Virus record (IMG/VR): IMGVR_UViG_3300043449_002688
Location: 32,001-96,000 of that record
DNA: 64,000 bases
From: a virus
Direction: 5' to 3' (one strand)
The notes under the pieces are model-generated. The model saw nothing but the letters and a program-made list of their open reading frames with translations, had not been told where the DNA came from and ran no database searches. Each line of letters begins with the position of its first letter. Positions within the stretch are counted from its first letter, which is position 1. Positions 8,495 to 16,993 of this stretch are shown here, in pieces. A program made the translations under genes and the position numbers.

Positions 8495-10221
8495 CAGTTT
8501 TAGAAATCTTAAAACAAAAAGATGAAGCACCAGAATGGTTAACAGAAGAATCATTAAAAATGCTTGAAGGCGGATACCTACAAAAAGGTGAAACTCCTAA
8601 AGATGCATACAAAAGGGTTTCTAAAGTTATATCTTCAGATCTTAATAAGCCAGAACTTGAATCTGTTTTTTTTGAAATGATTTGGAAAAATTGGCTTTGC
8701 CCTGCTTCTCCAGTGTTAGCCAATTCAGGAACAAAAAACCTACAAATTTCTTGTTTTTCTGGAACCCCATTAGACGACACATATGACATCATGAGACACA
8801 TCCAGGAAATGGTTATGTTAACAAAATACGGCGGTGGAGTTGGCAGCTCATTTTTGTCTCTTAGACCAAAAGGAAGCGCAATTTCTAGGGGCGGATATAG
8901 CGACGGAATTGTTCCTTTTTTAAAAACATTAGAGTCTGCCATAGACGGAACTAGACAAGGAGCTACTAGACGCGGTGCCGTTGCTTCATATTTACCTTTA
9001 AACCATGGTGATATTGAAGAATTTTTAGATATTCGCAAGCCTACGGGAGATTTAAACCGAAGGTGCTTAACAAAATCCTTTCATAACGCTGTTATAATTG
9101 ATAATGAAACAATGGAAAGAATTAATAACGAAAATGGGAAAGAACGTGCTCTTTGGAATAAATTGATGACCAACAGGGTTGAAACTGGTGAACCATATGT
9201 AATGTTTACAGACAATTCAAATACAAATTGTCCAAATGTTTACAGAAACCGAATTACTCAAAGTAATCTTTGCTCAGAAATTATGGCCCCTGTTACCGAA
9301 AAAGAAACCTTTGTCTGTTGTTTATCTTCTATTAACGCAGCAAAATATAATGAATGGAAAAATTGGAAATGTCAAAAAACAGGCAAAACTTTTATTGAAC
9401 TTTGTATCTATTTTTTAGATGGGGTTTTAACTGGGTTTATTAAAAGTGCCTCTCAGCTTCCAGGATTAGAAAATGCCGTAAGATTTGCTGAAAATCATAG
9501 ACTTTTAGGATTAGGCGTTTTAGGCTGGCATACTTTATTGCAAGCTGAAAATATCGCTTTTGAAAGTTTTGAAGCAATGACTTTAAATGCAAGCTTTTTC
9601 CAAAGCATGAGAAAACTTGCCGATAAAGCTAGTATAGACTTAGCTAAAGAATATGGCGAATGTAAAGAAACGGCAGGCACTGGAAGAAGAAATACAGCTA
9701 CCCTAGCTATTGCCCCTACCATGTCAAATTCTGTGCTTTCTGGCGGGGTTTCGCAAGGAATTGAGCCTATTACAGCCAATCTTTTTGTTCAAAAAGGAGC
9801 TAAAGGTAATTTTATTAAAAAGAATCCTGCTTTATTAGCTAAACTACTAGAGCTTGGAAAAGATACATCAGAAGTATGGGAACAAATTAATCAAGACAGA
9901 GGATCTGTAAAAAATTTAAAATTTTTGTCTCAAACTGAGAAAGAAGTTTTTGCTACAGCAAGAGAAATTAATCAATATGCAATTATTAGGCAGGCTGCTC
10001 AAAGACAAAAATGGATAGATCAGGCTCAAAGTATTAATTTGTTTTTTAGCCTGCCTCAGTCTAAAAATGATATAGTAAAAGCAGCCAAATACATTAATGA
10101 AGTTCATATAGAAGCTTGGAAATCTGGCATTAAAAGCCTATATTACCTTAAAACAGAAAGCCCAATTAAAGGCGAAAGCGTTTATAAAGAAGCTAGCGAA
10201 TGTAAAGCTTGTGAGGCTTAA
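8491..10221 (+). CDS. nrdA: Class I ribonucleotide reductase alpha subunit (compact, no ATP cone)
   Basis: ASPVLAN, ISCF, GGGVG, SNLCSEI, APTMSNS, KSLYYL, C-terminal CKACEA. Confidence 0.95.
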   Translation: MTVLEILKQKDEAPEWLTEESLKMLEGGYLQKGETPKDAYKRVSKVISSDLNKPELESVFFEMIWKNWLCPASPVLANSGTKNLQISCFSGTPLDDTYDIMRHIQEMVMLTKYGGGVGSSFLSLRPKGSAISRGGYSDGIVPFLKTLESAIDGTRQGATRRGAVASYLPLNHGDIEEFLDIRKPTGDLNRRCLTKSFHNAVIIDNETMERINNENGKERALWNKLMTNRVETGEPYVMFTDNSNTNCPNVYRNRITQSNLCSEIMAPVTEKETFVCCLSSINAAKYNEWKNWKCQKTGKTFIELCIYFLDGVLTGFIKSASQLPGLENAVRFAENHRLLGLGVLGWHTLLQAENIAFESFEAMTLNASFFQSMRKLADKASIDLAKEYGECKETAGTGRRNTATLAIAPTMSNSVLSGGVSQGIEPITANLFVQKGAKGNFIKKNPALLAKLLELGKDTSEVWEQINQDRGSVKNLKFLSQTEKEVFATAREINQYAIIRQAAQRQKWIDQAQSINLFFSLPQSKNDIVKAAKYINEVHIEAWKSGIKSLYYLKTESPIKGESVYKEASECKACEA

Positions 10222-10229
10222 AAAGATAT

Positions 10230-10258
10230 TTTACAATTTAAAATAATAATGCTAAGGT
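10230..10258 (+). promoter_or_regulatory. Sigma70-type extended -10 promoter candidate
   Basis: TTTACA-17 bp-TAAGGT with TG upstream of -10. Confidence 0.45.
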
Positions 10259-10264
10259 AGTATT

Positions 10265-11095
10265 ATGAATAATCTAAATAATAATTTTTTAGAAAACGAA
10301 GATTTAGAAAACGATGAAATTTACGAAGAAATCGTAGAAGAATTTCTTGAGGAAGAGCAAGAAGAAAATGAAATTCTTTCTGAAGCAGAAAAACGTATTG
10401 AGCAAGCCAATTTATATCAAGCTTTATTAAAACATGATCTTTTTGCTCCAGGTTCAGCTCGTCAAGAGATTATTGATTCAGTTAGGAAAGAATTTAAAAC
10501 TTTTATTCTTTCTAGATTAGAAACATTACTTGGCATTAAGCAAGAAAACCTAAAATTAGAAGCACCTCAAGTGCAAAATATTTTTTCAGACGAAGAAGTA
10601 TCTGCATTAAAAGCCATTGCCTCTAGGTTAGCTAAAAAAGAATCATCAGCTTCACCTTCTCCTATTATTAATCCAATTCAGAATCAACAACAGCCTGTTG
10701 TTCATCAAAAGCCTATTATTAACACCATAAACGGCAATCAAATGCCAGTTGCTGAAAAAACTACAAAAAAAATAGTAAAAAAGACTATTATTCATAAGAA
10801 AAAGGCAGATGACCACGCTACCGATTCCTTAAGATATGAACATGCTCCTGTAGCAAAAAAGACAAAAAAACGTCAAACTCAAAATATTTCTTCAGTTACA
10901 GGAGAAGATTATAGCCAAGCCGTAGTAGAAGACAATGAAGCTTTAAGACCTAGAGGAATGCCAAGCCAAGCAGAAATGGATGCCATTAATGCAAGGCAGG
11001 CGGAGATGAATTCTAGGTCAGCGTCTCCAGTTAACGGAGAAGCCGGTACAGCGGGACTTGGAGCAAAAATTGCTGCCGCTTTAATGAAATCTTAA
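10265..11095 (+). CDS. Hypothetical protein (acidic N-terminus, low-complexity C-terminus)
   Basis: 276-aa ORF in operon. Confidence 0.75.
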   Translation: MNNLNNNFLENEDLENDEIYEEIVEEFLEEEQEENEILSEAEKRIEQANLYQALLKHDLFAPGSARQEIIDSVRKEFKTFILSRLETLLGIKQENLKLEAPQVQNIFSDEEVSALKAIASRLAKKESSASPSPIINPIQNQQQPVVHQKPIINTINGNQMPVAEKTTKKIVKKTIIHKKKADDHATDSLRYEHAPVAKKTKKRQTQNISSVTGEDYSQAVVEDNEALRPRGMPSQAEMDAINARQAEMNSRSASPVNGEAGTAGLGAKIAAALMKS

Positions 11096-11118
11096 TTTAA
11101 ATTAAAAAAGGAGATTAT

Positions 11119-11739
11119 ATGAATACTTTAGACAAAGTTTTAACACTGGAAACAAAAGTTACAGATATGCAATCTGCATTAGGAAATTTTCAAGTACAAG
11201 CTCAACAAGTTATTCAAATTTTAAATGCTAATATGCAAAAACAAGATTTAGTAGTTAACAGGCTTATGTCTATTGAACAAAGTTTTGCTGCTATGGCAAA
11301 AACTATGAATGCTATTGTACAAGAGTTAGAAGAAACTAAAGTTTTAAATTCCTCAAGCGTTATGAAACGAATTCGAACAATGGACGAAAGTGCAGAAAAA
11401 GCGCGAGTTAGTGCAATGCTTGAGCATAAAGCTATTCAAAAGGCTGAAGTTATTACTGAAAACTCTATGCTAGTAACTTCTCAAATAATTAAAAAACAAG
11501 ATGGTCAAACAGAGGTCGTTGCCGAATATCGAGTTTTTGAGCTTTCTTCGCCAATGCATGATAAAGAAGTCGTACAAAAATTTATCGGCAAATCAGTTGG
11601 TGATGTTGTAGAAATTACAACAAGTGATGCAACCCTTTGTACTACAATACTTGAAGCATACGATCATGTTCAAATGAGTAATCAAGAGCAGTTTTTTGAT
11701 GAAAATAATACTATTGAAACCGAAACTTCAGTAGGGTAA
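11119..11739 (+). CDS. Hypothetical protein; coiled coil plus possible GreA-C/FKBP-like domain
   Basis: GGAG RBS; FIGKSVGDVVEIT resembles GKKVGD motif. Confidence 0.5.
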   Translation: MNTLDKVLTLETKVTDMQSALGNFQVQAQQVIQILNANMQKQDLVVNRLMSIEQSFAAMAKTMNAIVQELEETKVLNSSSVMKRIRTMDESAEKARVSAMLEHKAIQKAEVITENSMLVTSQIIKKQDGQTEVVAEYRVFELSSPMHDKEVVQKFIGKSVGDVVEITTSDATLCTTILEAYDHVQMSNQEQFFDENNTIETETSVG

Positions 11740-11773
11740 TCTTAATCTATTACCTATAGTTAAGGGGTTTAAA

Positions 11774-13063
11774 ATGGCTTCAAAAAAAGAATCAAATAGT
11801 AAAGAAAAGGCGCTTGAAGGAAAATCTCTTATAAGTGCAATTGCAAAAGACATAAAATCTATTGCAAATCAAGCTGAGATTGACCCAGCTTTACTATCTT
11901 TGCCCAAATATTATGAATTTGGTGGAGGATTTAAAGAATGGCAAATGAGAAAAGTTGGCGGATATAATGCTATTAAGAAAACTTTTTTTGAAAAAGATTT
12001 AGAAAAAGATCGTGCAGCAATTGGAGAACTGAAAGATTTAAGGAAAAGATATCTTCAAGTAGAAAAAAGCCTTGAAGAAAGAGAACTTTTTCTTGAAAAA
12101 CTTAAAGAATCCGTACTTAATATTGCCCCTGTTAAACTTAAGCCGTTTCAATATGGATTAAAAAAGAAAAAGAAAACAAGCAGAGTAGTTAATGCCTTAC
12201 TTTCTGATCTTCATTTTGGCTCAGATCTTGATGAAAGGGAAACTGGGCATAAATGGGGCAAGGTAGAAGAATCAAGATGTTTTGCTAAAGTAGTAAAAAA
12301 CATTTGTAATTACAAAATGCAATATCGCCCAGAAACAAAACTAATAGTATCTATTCTTGGTGATATAATCGAAAACTCTTTACATGGAGTGTCTAGCTCA
12401 GCTCCACTTCATGAACAAGCTTGCAGAGCTATTCATTTGCTATCTCAAGGAATCGCTAGATTTTCAGAAGCATATCCAGAAGTAGAAGTTTATTTTGCTG
12501 TTGGCAATCATGGAAGAGATGTAGGTATCCATCATGGAAGAGCAACTTCTCAAAAATGGAATGCAATTGAATCAACAATTTATTATGCTGTTAAAACTGC
12601 TTGCCGACACCTTACAAACGTAAAATTTACTCAACCATTAACTCCTTGGGTTGTATATGAAGCTTGCGGACATAAGGTATATAATACCCACGGCGATACA
12701 AATTTTAATATTGGCAATCCAGGAAGTTCTGTAAACATTAAAGCAATTGAAGGTGCTGTTAATCGCTTAAATTCATCATTGAAAGATGACGAAAAGTATG
12801 CCGTAGTAGGAATAGGCCACGTCCATCTTTCTTTAAGCACACAGCTTCCAAATGGAACTTTTGTTATCATGAACGGAGCGCTAGTCCCGCCTAATTCTTA
12901 TGCACAAACATTTGGCATCATGAAATCTCCACAAAATCAAGTTATGTGGGAAACTACAGAAGAATTTGCAGTAGGAGATCAAAGGTTCGTTAACGCTAAT
13001 GGAGCAGAAAAAGATGCTACTTTAGATGAGTTTATTCGACCTTTTGAAACAATCGAAAAATAA
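11774..13063 (+). CDS. Calcineurin-like metallophosphoesterase
   Basis: SDLHFG, GDIIE, GNHG, HGD, GHVH motifs. Confidence 0.85.
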   Translation: MASKKESNSKEKALEGKSLISAIAKDIKSIANQAEIDPALLSLPKYYEFGGGFKEWQMRKVGGYNAIKKTFFEKDLEKDRAAIGELKDLRKRYLQVEKSLEERELFLEKLKESVLNIAPVKLKPFQYGLKKKKKTSRVVNALLSDLHFGSDLDERETGHKWGKVEESRCFAKVVKNICNYKMQYRPETKLIVSILGDIIENSLHGVSSSAPLHEQACRAIHLLSQGIARFSEAYPEVEVYFAVGNHGRDVGIHHGRATSQKWNAIESTIYYAVKTACRHLTNVKFTQPLTPWVVYEACGHKVYNTHGDTNFNIGNPGSSVNIKAIEGAVNRLNSSLKDDEKYAVVGIGHVHLSLSTQLPNGTFVIMNGALVPPNSYAQTFGIMKSPQNQVMWETTEEFAVGDQRFVNANGAEKDATLDEFIRPFETIEK

Positions 13064-13074
13064 CCGAGGTTTTA

Positions 13075-13404
13075 GTGGCAAAATCTAACGGCGATAGAGC
13101 AGACGGATCAGACAAGCTTAGAGTTGCAAAAAAAAGAATTGAATCTTTAAAAAGAGAAGTAGACAAGTTAAGAAAAGAATTAAATAAAGCTAGACAATTT
13201 GTTGAAGAAGCTAAAAATGTTTTAGAAGAAAAACAAATAGAATACGACGAAACGCCCAGAAAGAAAAAAAAGGAGATCTATGGCTGCGACAATTGCGGCA
13301 AAGGTGAATATGAAACCTTTAGTCTTACAGTTGCCGGAGTCGTAAAATTTTATCATACTTGCAGTTTATGCGGAAGTAGAAAAGTTGAGATTAAGAAAGA
13401 ATGA
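13075..13404 (+). CDS. Coiled-coil plus zinc-finger protein
   Basis: CDNC...CSLC; GTG start after GAGG. Confidence 0.65.
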   Translation: MAKSNGDRADGSDKLRVAKKRIESLKREVDKLRKELNKARQFVEEAKNVLEEKQIEYDETPRKKKKEIYGCDNCGKGEYETFSLTVAGVVKFYHTCSLCGSRKVEIKKE

Positions 13405-13781
13405 AACTATGGTTTGCTTCAAATGAAAACATACATACAATTGAAGTTGTCTTTCAAATAGAAACAACAAAGGCAGATTTACAGCATGTTCAATATGAAG
13501 CAAATAAAGCTGTTGAAAAACAAAAATCTATTACTGCTGCAATTCAAGTTTTAAAAAGAAATTTAAAATTTTTAAAAACCGAAGCAGAAATAGTAAGTAT
13601 TAATCAGTATAAAAAAACCATATATCAACTTTCTGGCCTTTATCAAGAACAACTTAGTATTTTGTATGATATCTCGGAATATAAAAAAGAAATTAATTTT
13701 TTGTTAGAAAAAATTCAAATGCTAGAATTTAAAAAAGAACAGGTTAAATTCAGGCTTTTGGAGTTTAAAAAAAATGAATAA
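13401..13781 (+). CDS. Hypothetical coiled-coil protein
   Basis: ATGA overlap with upstream gene. Confidence 0.7.
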   Translation: MKLWFASNENIHTIEVVFQIETTKADLQHVQYEANKAVEKQKSITAAIQVLKRNLKFLKTEAEIVSINQYKKTIYQLSGLYQEQLSILYDISEYKKEINFLLEKIQMLEFKKEQVKFRLLEFKKNE

Positions 13782-14001
13782 AATTGAACTTATTGAAAAA
13801 ATCAAAAATGATGACGATTTTATTAATTTGTTAAAATATAACAACAGTTTAAAAAACCTATTATCTGAACATCCCACAGGAGTATCTGATTCAGTTATAT
13901 GCAAAGCGCTTTGTATATCTCAAGCCGAGCTTGACGAAGCCCTTAGATCTGCTATAATGAAATTCAAAGAAAGTGTTGGGATTACCGATGACGAAATTTA
14001 A
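13774..14001 (+). CDS. Small HTH (sigma region 4-like) protein
   Basis: GVSDSVICKALCISQAELDEALRSAIMKFK. Confidence 0.5.
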   Translation: MNKIELIEKIKNDDDFINLLKYNNSLKNLLSEHPTGVSDSVICKALCISQAELDEALRSAIMKFKESVGITDDEI

Positions 14002-16090
14002 ACAGCTAATCAATCCTCATTCTCATTCAGATTACAGTTTAGACGGTGCAGCAACAGTTTCTCAAATAGTTGAAAGAAATAAACAACTTGGCGCTTCATA
14101 TGTAACCTTAACAGAACATGGAAACATGAATTCTGCTATGGAGTTATATAAGACAGCAAAGCAAAAAGGCATTACCCCCATTCTTGGGATGGAAGCTTAT
14201 CTAATCAACCCTTGGCACAATGAATATGTAGAAATTTATCGAAAAGCTATTTCTTCTGGAGTATTGCAAATAAGAGAAAAAAACCCAGAAGCTATTGAAA
14301 ATGCCATTCAAAAAAAGGCAATGAATCATTATTTACATATTACTGTCCATTTTAAGGACGCTTGGGCTTATCAATATTTTTGTAAAATTTCCCCAAAAAT
14401 GTGGTCTCGTTCTATTAAAAAATACAGCGAAGAAAAACCATTGATTACAATGGAAGAATTAGAAGCCGCCGCAGGCCATATTACTATTGGCTCTAGCTGT
14501 ATGAAGGGTCCAGTTCAATACTTTATGTTGCCATCAAAAGATGGACTGATCCCTCCTCAGCCAGAAAAATCAAAATACATGTATGAATGGCTGAAAAGAA
14601 TTGCAGGAAAAGAAAGTTTTTTCGTAGAAGTTTTTCCTCATCAAGTTACACATGAATGGCAAAAACCAGAAAAAGATTATTCTGGTCGAATCATTAAAGA
14701 AGGCTATTTTAAAGCCCACGAATGCACCTGTCATGCTCCAAACGGAGATTACCAAAAACCTCTTAATGAGTGGGTTATACATTTAGCAGAATCAAACAAG
14801 GATAAGGCCATTATTTCTTTAGATTCTCATTATGCGACAAAAAATCAAAAAGTTATCCAAGATGCAAGGCTTGGAAATGGCGATGAAAATTGGAGATTTT
14901 ATAATTATTATCACATAATGTCCACAGAAGAAGCCGCTGAAGTTTTAAGAAAAACGCTTGGCATTAATGATAGAAAAATTGAAGAATGGGTTGAAAACTC
15001 ATATGATTGGGCTTCAAATTTTGATTCTTTTAAGCTAGAAACTTCTGAAACACGATGGATTTTAGCTGGAGATTCAGACCGATTTATGAATAGGTTAAAA
15101 TCAACTATTGATAAATGGGGAAGGATGGATTGGTCAAATCAAGAAATGGTTGACCGACTTAAACATGAAATTCAAGTTTTAGCTCATAATAAAAAGCTTA
15201 ACCTTTTGGCTTACTTTGAAACGATAGAAGATGTTGCTAATTTTTGCAGAGAAAATGGCGTATTAATGAACGTTCGAGGCTCTGCAGGCGGGTCACTATT
15301 GCTTTATTTAATTGGGGTTAGCGGCATTAACCCAATGAAACATGACCTTTCTTTTGGACGATTTTTGACTGAAGGAAGAATTGAAGCAAATACTCTTCCT
15401 GATGTTGATATGGACGTTTCAGATCAAGAAAAAGTTATTGAATACTTAAAAAGTAAGTATGGAGATGGCATTTGCAGGCTCTCAACTGATTTATTGCTTC
15501 GAATTAAATCTTCAATTAAAGATGCAGAAAGATCTATATTAGGTAAGGTCAGAAAAGAAACTGAAGATCTTTGTAAAAAACTGCCCTCTACTCCACAAGG
15601 AACCGAAGATATTGCATTTATTTTTGGGTTTAATGACAAAAATACTGGCGAACATATTCCTGGCATTTTTGATAAAAATTTTGCATTACAAAAATATGCA
15701 GAGGATAATGCTGAGATTTGGAATGTAGTAAAAGAAATGCTTGGAATCCAACGCAATAAAAGTTCGCATGCTTGTTACGTTGGCGAAACCCTAATCTTAA
15801 TTTACGAAGACAACCAAGTAAAAGAAAAAAGGATAGATGCATGCGACGGAAAAACAGTATTTACAGGCCAAGGCTCGATAGCCAAAGCAAAATTAATAAA
15901 CCAGGGGAAGAAAAAAGTAAAAAAATACACACTAGAGAACGGAAAAACTTTAGTTGTAACTCCAGATCATTTGATGTTAACGAAAAAAGGCTGGATGACA
16001 ATAGAGCAAGTTTTTCAAGAGGGAGAGGGCCTAATATCACTATCGAAGACTGTAGACGGGCTGCTGAAGAAAGAAAAGGAAAGTGTTTAA
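13988..16090 (+). CDS. dnaE: DNA polymerase III alpha, N-terminal half fused to split-intein N fragment
   Basis: PHP HSHSDYS, TEHG, DSHY; RGSAGGS; PDVDMD catalytic motif; ends NKSSHA|CYVGETLI...TPDH...stop. Confidence 0.95.
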   Translation: MTKFKQLINPHSHSDYSLDGAATVSQIVERNKQLGASYVTLTEHGNMNSAMELYKTAKQKGITPILGMEAYLINPWHNEYVEIYRKAISSGVLQIREKNPEAIENAIQKKAMNHYLHITVHFKDAWAYQYFCKISPKMWSRSIKKYSEEKPLITMEELEAAAGHITIGSSCMKGPVQYFMLPSKDGLIPPQPEKSKYMYEWLKRIAGKESFFVEVFPHQVTHEWQKPEKDYSGRIIKEGYFKAHECTCHAPNGDYQKPLNEWVIHLAESNKDKAIISLDSHYATKNQKVIQDARLGNGDENWRFYNYYHIMSTEEAAEVLRKTLGINDRKIEEWVENSYDWASNFDSFKLETSETRWILAGDSDRFMNRLKSTIDKWGRMDWSNQEMVDRLKHEIQVLAHNKKLNLLAYFETIEDVANFCRENGVLMNVRGSAGGSLLLYLIGVSGINPMKHDLSFGRFLTEGRIEANTLPDVDMDVSDQEKVIEYLKSKYGDGICRLSTDLLLRIKSSIKDAERSILGKVRKETEDLCKKLPSTPQGTEDIAFIFGFNDKNTGEHIPGIFDKNFALQKYAEDNAEIWNVVKEMLGIQRNKSSHACYVGETLILIYEDNQVKEKRIDACDGKTVFTGQGSIAKAKLINQGKKKVKKYTLENGKTLVVTPDHLMLTKKGWMTIEQVFQEGEGLISLSKTVDGLLKKEKESV
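15773..16087 (+). mobile_element. Split intein N fragment (IntN, 105 aa)
   Basis: Block A CYVGETLI; block B LVVTPDHLMLTKKGW; stop codon with no blocks F/G. Confidence 0.9.
15787..15798 (+). promoter_or_regulatory. Late-promoter-like motif embedded in IntN coding sequence
   Basis: AACCCTAATCTT matches the motif upstream of structural genes; about 42 nt before ATG 15841. Confidence 0.55.
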
Positions 16091-16920
16091 GCGAGGAATA
16101 TAAAGGATTAAAATACCCACTTAAATGGCAATGTGATCATGGGCATTTATGGATATCAAATTTTCATAATATAAAATATTCAAAAACTTGGTGTCCATCT
16201 TGTTTTAAAAATAAAACTCGCCATAGGTTAACTTTTAGTTTTGAAAAAGTTAAAACAATTTGTTTATCAAAAGGATTTGAAATCATTTCTAAGGAATATA
16301 AAAATAGCTTAGAACAAATTGAAGTCAAACATATACCTTGCCAAACATCTTTTAAAACTACCTTTCATAATATTACGCATAAAAAAGTTTGTCCAGAATG
16401 CTCTTTAAGAAAAAGAGCCGATATAATAGAAGCTGAAAATTTAGTTAAAGTAAAAGAAGGAAAAATAATAGGTTTTGCTAAAAAATCTAAAAATAATTCA
16501 ACATGGGAATGCGCTAAAGGCCATCAATGGAGAACCACTTGGAGTAATATTAAAAAAGGTTCTTGGTGTCCTTTTTGTGCAGGTAAAAAAAGTATTTCTT
16601 CAATACATAAACAAGCTGTTGCTAAATTATATCAACATAAAAGATGGGATGCTGAAAAAGGATATCAGACTACAATCGAATTAGAAGATATCGTAAATGC
16701 ATTAAAGTCTAAATGTGTTTATTGTGACAATAATGCTACCAATGTAGATCGTAAAAACTCAAATTTAGGGCATTTAAAAGAAAATTGTGTTCCATGTTGT
16801 GGAAGATGTAATAGAGTCAAAAATAATTGTATTTCTTATGAAACCATGCTAAAAATAGGCAAGATATTAAAAGAAGAGGAACAAAATGAAGATAATAAAA
16901 GCGGAGGAGCTGGGTTATGA
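15841..16920 (+). CDS. Free-standing homing endonuclease-like protein (3 Zn-ribbon repeats plus C-terminal HNH-type nuclease)
   Basis: WQCDHGHLW..WCPSC, KHIPC..VCPEC, WECAKGHQW..WCPFC; CVYC..VDRKNSNLGHLKENCVPCCGRCNRVK; AAGGA 7 nt before ATG 15841 (start uncertain). Confidence 0.8.
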   Translation: MRRKNSIYRPRLDSQSKINKPGEEKSKKIHTRERKNFSCNSRSFDVNEKRLDDNRASFSRGRGPNITIEDCRRAAEERKGKCLSEEYKGLKYPLKWQCDHGHLWISNFHNIKYSKTWCPSCFKNKTRHRLTFSFEKVKTICLSKGFEIISKEYKNSLEQIEVKHIPCQTSFKTTFHNITHKKVCPECSLRKRADIIEAENLVKVKEGKIIGFAKKSKNNSTWECAKGHQWRTTWSNIKKGSWCPFCAGKKSISSIHKQAVAKLYQHKRWDAEKGYQTTIELEDIVNALKSKCVYCDNNATNVDRKNSNLGHLKENCVPCCGRCNRVKNNCISYETMLKIGKILKEEEQNEDNKSGGAGL

Positions 16921-16993
16921 GCAAGTTTATGACTTATCAGTTTTTCACGAAGATCACAGTTTTGTTCTTGAAACTGGCAATGTAACGCACAAT
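16886..16993 (+). mobile_element. Split intein C fragment (IntC, 36 aa)
   Basis: Block F VYDLSV..HSF; block G THN followed by Cys+1. Confidence 0.92.

Noticed and set aside
15772-15840. TTG start at 15772 for the endonuclease ORF
   Set aside because: No RBS and lies upstream of the promoter-like motif; ATG 15841 is better supported
16090-16886. Group I intron explaining the dnaE interruption
   Set aside because: No room or visible core structure; the interval is fully coding and the flanks are intein halves with their own stop and RBS/start
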